Assembly (NCBI RefSeq): GCF_006345805.1
Contig: NW_021826370.1
Coordinates: 1 to 12,971, forward strand
DNA length: 12,971 bases
Direction of reading: 5' to 3'
Origin: Octopus sinensis
Taxonomy: Eukaryota
Within the stretch, counting starts at the first letter, position 1. Every line of letters starts with the position of its first letter. The position numbers were made by a program, and so were the translations under genes. Positions 9,311 to 12,971 of this stretch are shown here, one piece after another. The notes below the pieces were generated by a model. The model ran no database searches. It saw only the letters and a program-made list of their open reading frames with translations, and was not told the origin of the DNA.

Positions 9311-9599
9311 ACACAGTAATACATGAATATGCAAGTGTCACCTGCTATTGAAGAGGTTGCTAGACGGAACGAAAATTTTAGAAAAGATAAATAAGTAAAT
9401 GAGTGGAAATCGAACCGGTGAGTGTGTTAAGTAATAAGGCGCTAAAAGAGAATGACTCTCCCCAGACCCAATAAAATATGCTTCAACACAAGAATTCACA
9501 TAAATAATCATACAAACCAAATACAAAGACGAAAGATGCATATATGTGTGTGTGTGTCTGCGTGTTTGTGCTCATGTTTATATGCGAATATGCATACAT

Positions 9600-9604
9600 C
9601 ATTT

Positions 9605-9649
<45 letters not shown>

Positions 9650-9760
9650 TGTGTGTATGTATGTATGTATATATGTATATATGAATGAATGTATGTATGT
9701 GTGTGTGTATATATATATTATATTATATTATATTATATAATAATATAATAACTATTATAT
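9600..9760. repeat. (TG)n / (TATG)n / (TAT)-rich compound microsatellite
   Basis: Directly visible. Confidence 0.93.
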
Positions 9761-10056
9761 AAATAGTTGCATTTGGTAGGAACCCGTTTCTTCGAATTTC
9801 TATATCACGCCGGAACAGCAATAATGAAGCGGTTGGCGGAAGTGGTCGACTGTAAGATTATTTCAACTGAAAAATTATTCCAATCGTTGAATTATTTTAA
9901 ATGTTGAATTATTCCAGCTTTTGCATGATTCCAGCTGTTGAATTATTGAAAAGCTGGAATACATCAACATACCAACAGCCGATACCGTATCAAAATTGCC
10001 TTCCAAAACTTTAAAATTTCAGACTAACAGAAGTTAACCAACTGCAACTAGTTATA
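9758..10056. mobile_element. Possible MITE-like element, ~300 bp
   Basis: Imperfect terminal inverted repeats (9758-9777 vs 10037-10056, 18/20). Inside are GTTGAATTATT three times and TTCCAGCT/AGCTGGAA motifs. Confidence 0.35.
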
Positions 10057-10199
10057 AATTTACATTTGCCTGTGTCTGTGTATATTTCTACGCGTATACA
10101 TGTGTAATATTGGCATATATATAAATATATGAATATCTATATGCACATGCGAGTAGACGCAAATACTTATACATGTGCATTTGTAAGAACCTATGCATG

Positions 10200-10202
10200 T
10201 AT

Positions 10203-10271
<69 letters not shown>

Positions 10272-10274
10272 ATA

Positions 10275-10309
<35 letters not shown>
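10200..10309. repeat. (TA)n microsatellite
   Basis: Directly visible. Confidence 0.96.
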
Positions 10310-10312
<3 letters not shown>

Positions 10313-10431
10313 ACAAAATAAGAGCAAAAGAAAAATTCTAATGCCAAATATGCCGAAAAAAAGACAAAATTGTCAATAACCATTATAATTTATGCGTCTC
10401 GAAACAAACCGATAGAAATTTCTAAAAAATC

Positions 10432-10502
10432 CGTTATTACCGTATTGGTCCCAATTTCGGGATTATTCCATAAGAATTTTCCCCTCTTCAGCGAAAAATA
10501 CG
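10432..10502 (-). ncRNA. Type I hammerhead ribozyme, copy A
   Basis: CGUAUUUUUCG CUGAAGA GGGG-loop-UCCC GAAA UUG GGAC CAAU A CGGUAAUAACG. The triplet is AUA (cut between 10443 and 10442), with one U-U mismatch in stem I. Confidence 0.8.
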
Positions 10503-10895
10503 TAAGATATAAATGGAATACTTACTCATACCCATTGAAAAAGGAAGCACTAAGTCCTGGGCAGACCTAAGTACCCTAAATATATCCAAAATAGAAAATC
10601 TTCGGCACATCTCGAGACACGTGTGATTCGATCTAGAAACTTTCACAGAGAGAATCCGGAAGTGAACACTATTAACTTTATAACTAATGTAGGATAAATT
10701 TTTTTTTCGAAAAATAATTTTATCGATGGCCAGCATATCAAAAAGAACCTTTAAAGGTTAAATTTATAAATAACTTACAAAATAAGGGCAAAAGAAAAAT
10801 TCTAATGCCAAATATGCCGAAAAAAAGACAAAATTGTCAATAACCATTATTATTTATGCGTCTCGAAACAAACCGATAGAAATTTCTAAAAAATC

Positions 10896-10966
10896 CGTTA
10901 TTACCGTATTGTTCCCAATTTCGGGGTTAATCCATAAGAATTTTCCCCTCTTCAGCGATAAATACG
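10896..10966 (-). ncRNA. Type I hammerhead ribozyme, copy B
   Basis: CGUAUUUAUCG CUGAAGA GGGG-loop-CCCC GAAA UUG GGAA CAAU A CGGUAAUAACG. All three stems pair and stem III has a GGAA tetraloop (cut between 10907 and 10906). Confidence 0.85.
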
Positions 10967-11050
10967 TGTCTCGAGATGTGCCGAAGATTTTCTCTTTTAG
11001 ATATATTTAGGGTACTTAGGTCTGCCCAGGACTTAGTGCTTGCTTTTTCA

Positions 11051-11640
11051 GACATTCCTGACATTCCCGACATGCCTGACATTCCTGACATTCCCGACAT
11101 TCCAGACATTCCCGACATTCCTAACATTCTCGACATTCCTGACATTCCTGACATTCCAGACATTCCTGAATGTCAGAAATGTCAGAATTGTCAGGAATGT
11201 CATTTAACGTAGTTTAACGTCACATCATGCCGCGTAATTTAACGTCACTTAACGTCACGTCATTTCAGGCCATCCCACGTCACGTCCTTTCATGTCATTT
11301 AAAGCAACGTCAAATAACGTCAAATAACGTCACGTTAAATTATTTGACGTTAACGAATGTCTGCAATGTCAGGAATGTCAGGAATGTCGGAATGTCTGGA
11401 ATGTCTGGAATGTCAGGAATTTCAAAAATGTCAGGAATGTCGGGAATGTCTGGAATGCCAGGAATGTCTGGAATATCAAGAAATTCTGGAATGGCAGTGA
11501 TGTCCGGAATGTCAGAAATGTCTAGAATGTCTGGAATGGCTAGAATGTCTGGAATGTCAGGAATGTTGGAATGTCTGAAATGTCAGGAATGTCATGGATG
11601 TCTCAAATATCCGAATGTCAAGAATGTCTGGAATGTCAGG
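11051..11640. repeat. Fold-back 9-bp minisatellite with an AACGTCA-rich core
   Basis: (GACATTCCN)x13 at 11051-11167, about 4 reverse-complement units at 11168-11202, degenerate (T/A)TAACGTCA repeats at 11203-11354, and about 32 GGAATGTCN units at 11355-11640. Confidence 0.93.
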
Positions 11641-11699
11641 TCAACATAAAAACCTAAAAAGCGTGTTTTGTTAATTATTTTCTGAATGCCACATATACG

Positions 11700-11736
11700 T
11701 ACATATATACACACATATATATATAATGTTATATAT

Positions 11737-11778
<42 letters not shown>

Positions 11779-11885
11779 ATATATAAAACACAACACGAAC
11801 GCAGACAAATATTTATATATAATATATATATATAAACACACGAACGCAGACAATATATATATATATTATATATATTATATATATA

Positions 11886-11916
<31 letters not shown>

Positions 11917-11920
11917 CATA
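11700..11920. repeat. (TA)n microsatellite with a duplicated ACACGAACGCAGACAA insert
   Basis: Directly visible; the insert occurs at ~11790 and ~11836. Confidence 0.93.
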
Positions 11921-12760
11921 TCAGGGTAATAAAGGTTTTAGAAATTTTTACTACCAGTGGCCTAGCGTATAGAAAAATTAGTCAATAGACTATTTATTAT
12001 TCATATAAAATACAGTGTACATTTAAACACATTAAGAGGTTTCCATCTTTACGCTAGAAAGAACAGCTAAAGTCCAAACCACTAATTAGGGATAAATTCT
12101 CGAAGGGAATGTAAAAATAAAAACATTTACCATGATATCTGACTTATTCTAGTAAATAAAATACTTTGCCAGGTGAAGTCTTCTTCAGCATGGACGCCAA
12201 GATTAAGTATATAAAGACGAGGCCAATCCAGCAAGTACCTCTTGCTTATATATTTTTTGCTTATAATTTTTTTCAAATCCACCACGCAAGCGCAGTCTAT
12301 TTTGTCGGCAGCAAAAACAGATGCCGGCAATTTTTTTGAACGAATTTACCAGAAATCATTATACATAATTAATAATATCAGGGTAATAAAGATTTTAGAA
12401 ATTTTTACTACCAGTGGCCTAGTGTATAGAAAAATTTGTCAATAGACTATATATTATTCATATAATATACAGTGTACATTTAAACACATTAAACGTTTTC
12501 CATCGTAGGACTCCCTTACGCTAGAAGGAACAGCTAATATCCGAACAACTAATTAAGGAAAAAATCCTAATTCCATGGTCCAGGAAAGAAATGGTAAATG
12601 TTTTTATTTTTCATTCTCTTCGTGAATTTATCCCTTGGACTTTAGCTGTTCTTTCTAGCGTAAAGGATTCCTATGATGGAAAACTCTTAATGTGTTTAAA
12701 TGTACACTGTATCTTTATATGAATGTTATATAGTCTATTGACTAATTTTTCAAAACCTCT
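11921..12760. repeat. Direct repeat (period 457) followed by an inverted third copy
   Basis: 11921-12133 matches 12378 to ~12560, and 12591 to ~12755 is the reverse complement of 11972-12133. It starts immediately after (TA)n. Confidence 0.9.
12124..12192 (-). ncRNA. Degenerate hammerhead-like motif
   Basis: CAUG CUGAAGA A GACUU...AAGUC A GAUA UC AU GG UA AAUG. Three deviations (GAUA for GAAA, unpaired base of stem II, 1.1-2.1 mismatch) make it probably inactive. Confidence 0.45.
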
Positions 12761-12971
12761 TACCATTTAATATTAATGTCCATCAACTTCAAAATCGCTT
12801 ATGACCCCAAATCCCGCCATTCCCCATGCCTCATTAAAAAATGAGGCGTATGACGTATCAGGGTCACCCGGCCATAAACGATACTCCTCTTTCAGTTTTT
12901 TTCAGTTTTTGCAACATGGATAACCTTATGACCTCCACACCTATCTGCGGAGGCCATTCATGCAGGCCAGA

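Larger units (their letters stand above)
10311..11041 (-). mobile_element. Hammerhead-bearing direct-repeat element (retrozyme-like or PLE pseudo-LTR)
   Basis: 193-bp direct repeats at 10311-10503 and 10775-10967 (period 464), each with an HHR. Segment 10545-10622 is copied in inverted orientation at 10964-11041. The 3' end abuts (TA)n. Confidence 0.8.

Noticed and set aside
9335-9423. Exon ending at a consensus donor CCG/GTGAGT (9418)
   Set aside because: There is no convincing acceptor, and the best-looking frame (SPAIEEVARRNENFRKDK) stops before the donor.
11051-11640. CRISPR-like array
   Set aside because: The units are 9 bp and contiguous with no unique spacers, in a eukaryotic context.
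10927-11649. Collagen-like GMS and DIP repeat ORFs
   Set aside because: They are automatic translations of a 9-bp repeat that occurs in both orientations, which a coding repeat would not do.

Overview
This is AT-rich, repeat-dense eukaryotic DNA, most likely octopus (inferred from the tRNA-derived SINE types and the dense (TA)n, (TAGA)n and (TATG)n microsatellites). No intact host gene is visible, and nearly all listed ORFs are translated microsatellites. Recognisable content: four or five SINE copies or fragments, an internally deleted mariner with both TIRs and TA target duplication (5694-6236), and two Penelope-like element (PLE) endonuclease relics (5171-5407 minus; about 6346-6753 plus). 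The most striking signal is a cluster of seven type I hammerhead ribozyme (HHR) motifs between 4.9 and 12.2 kb, from at least four sequence families. Three fold completely (4911-4994, 10432-10502, 10896-10966); four are truncated or degenerate. Most carrier elements end against a (TA)n tract, and several show direct-repeat plus inversion architecture. Two HHRs lie 464 nt apart in direct repeats, as expected for a retrozyme or PLE pseudo-LTR unit that could self-excise. There is also a fold-back 9-mer tandem array (11051-11640) and a candidate short terminal host exon (3830-3900). All folds and alignments were done by eye.
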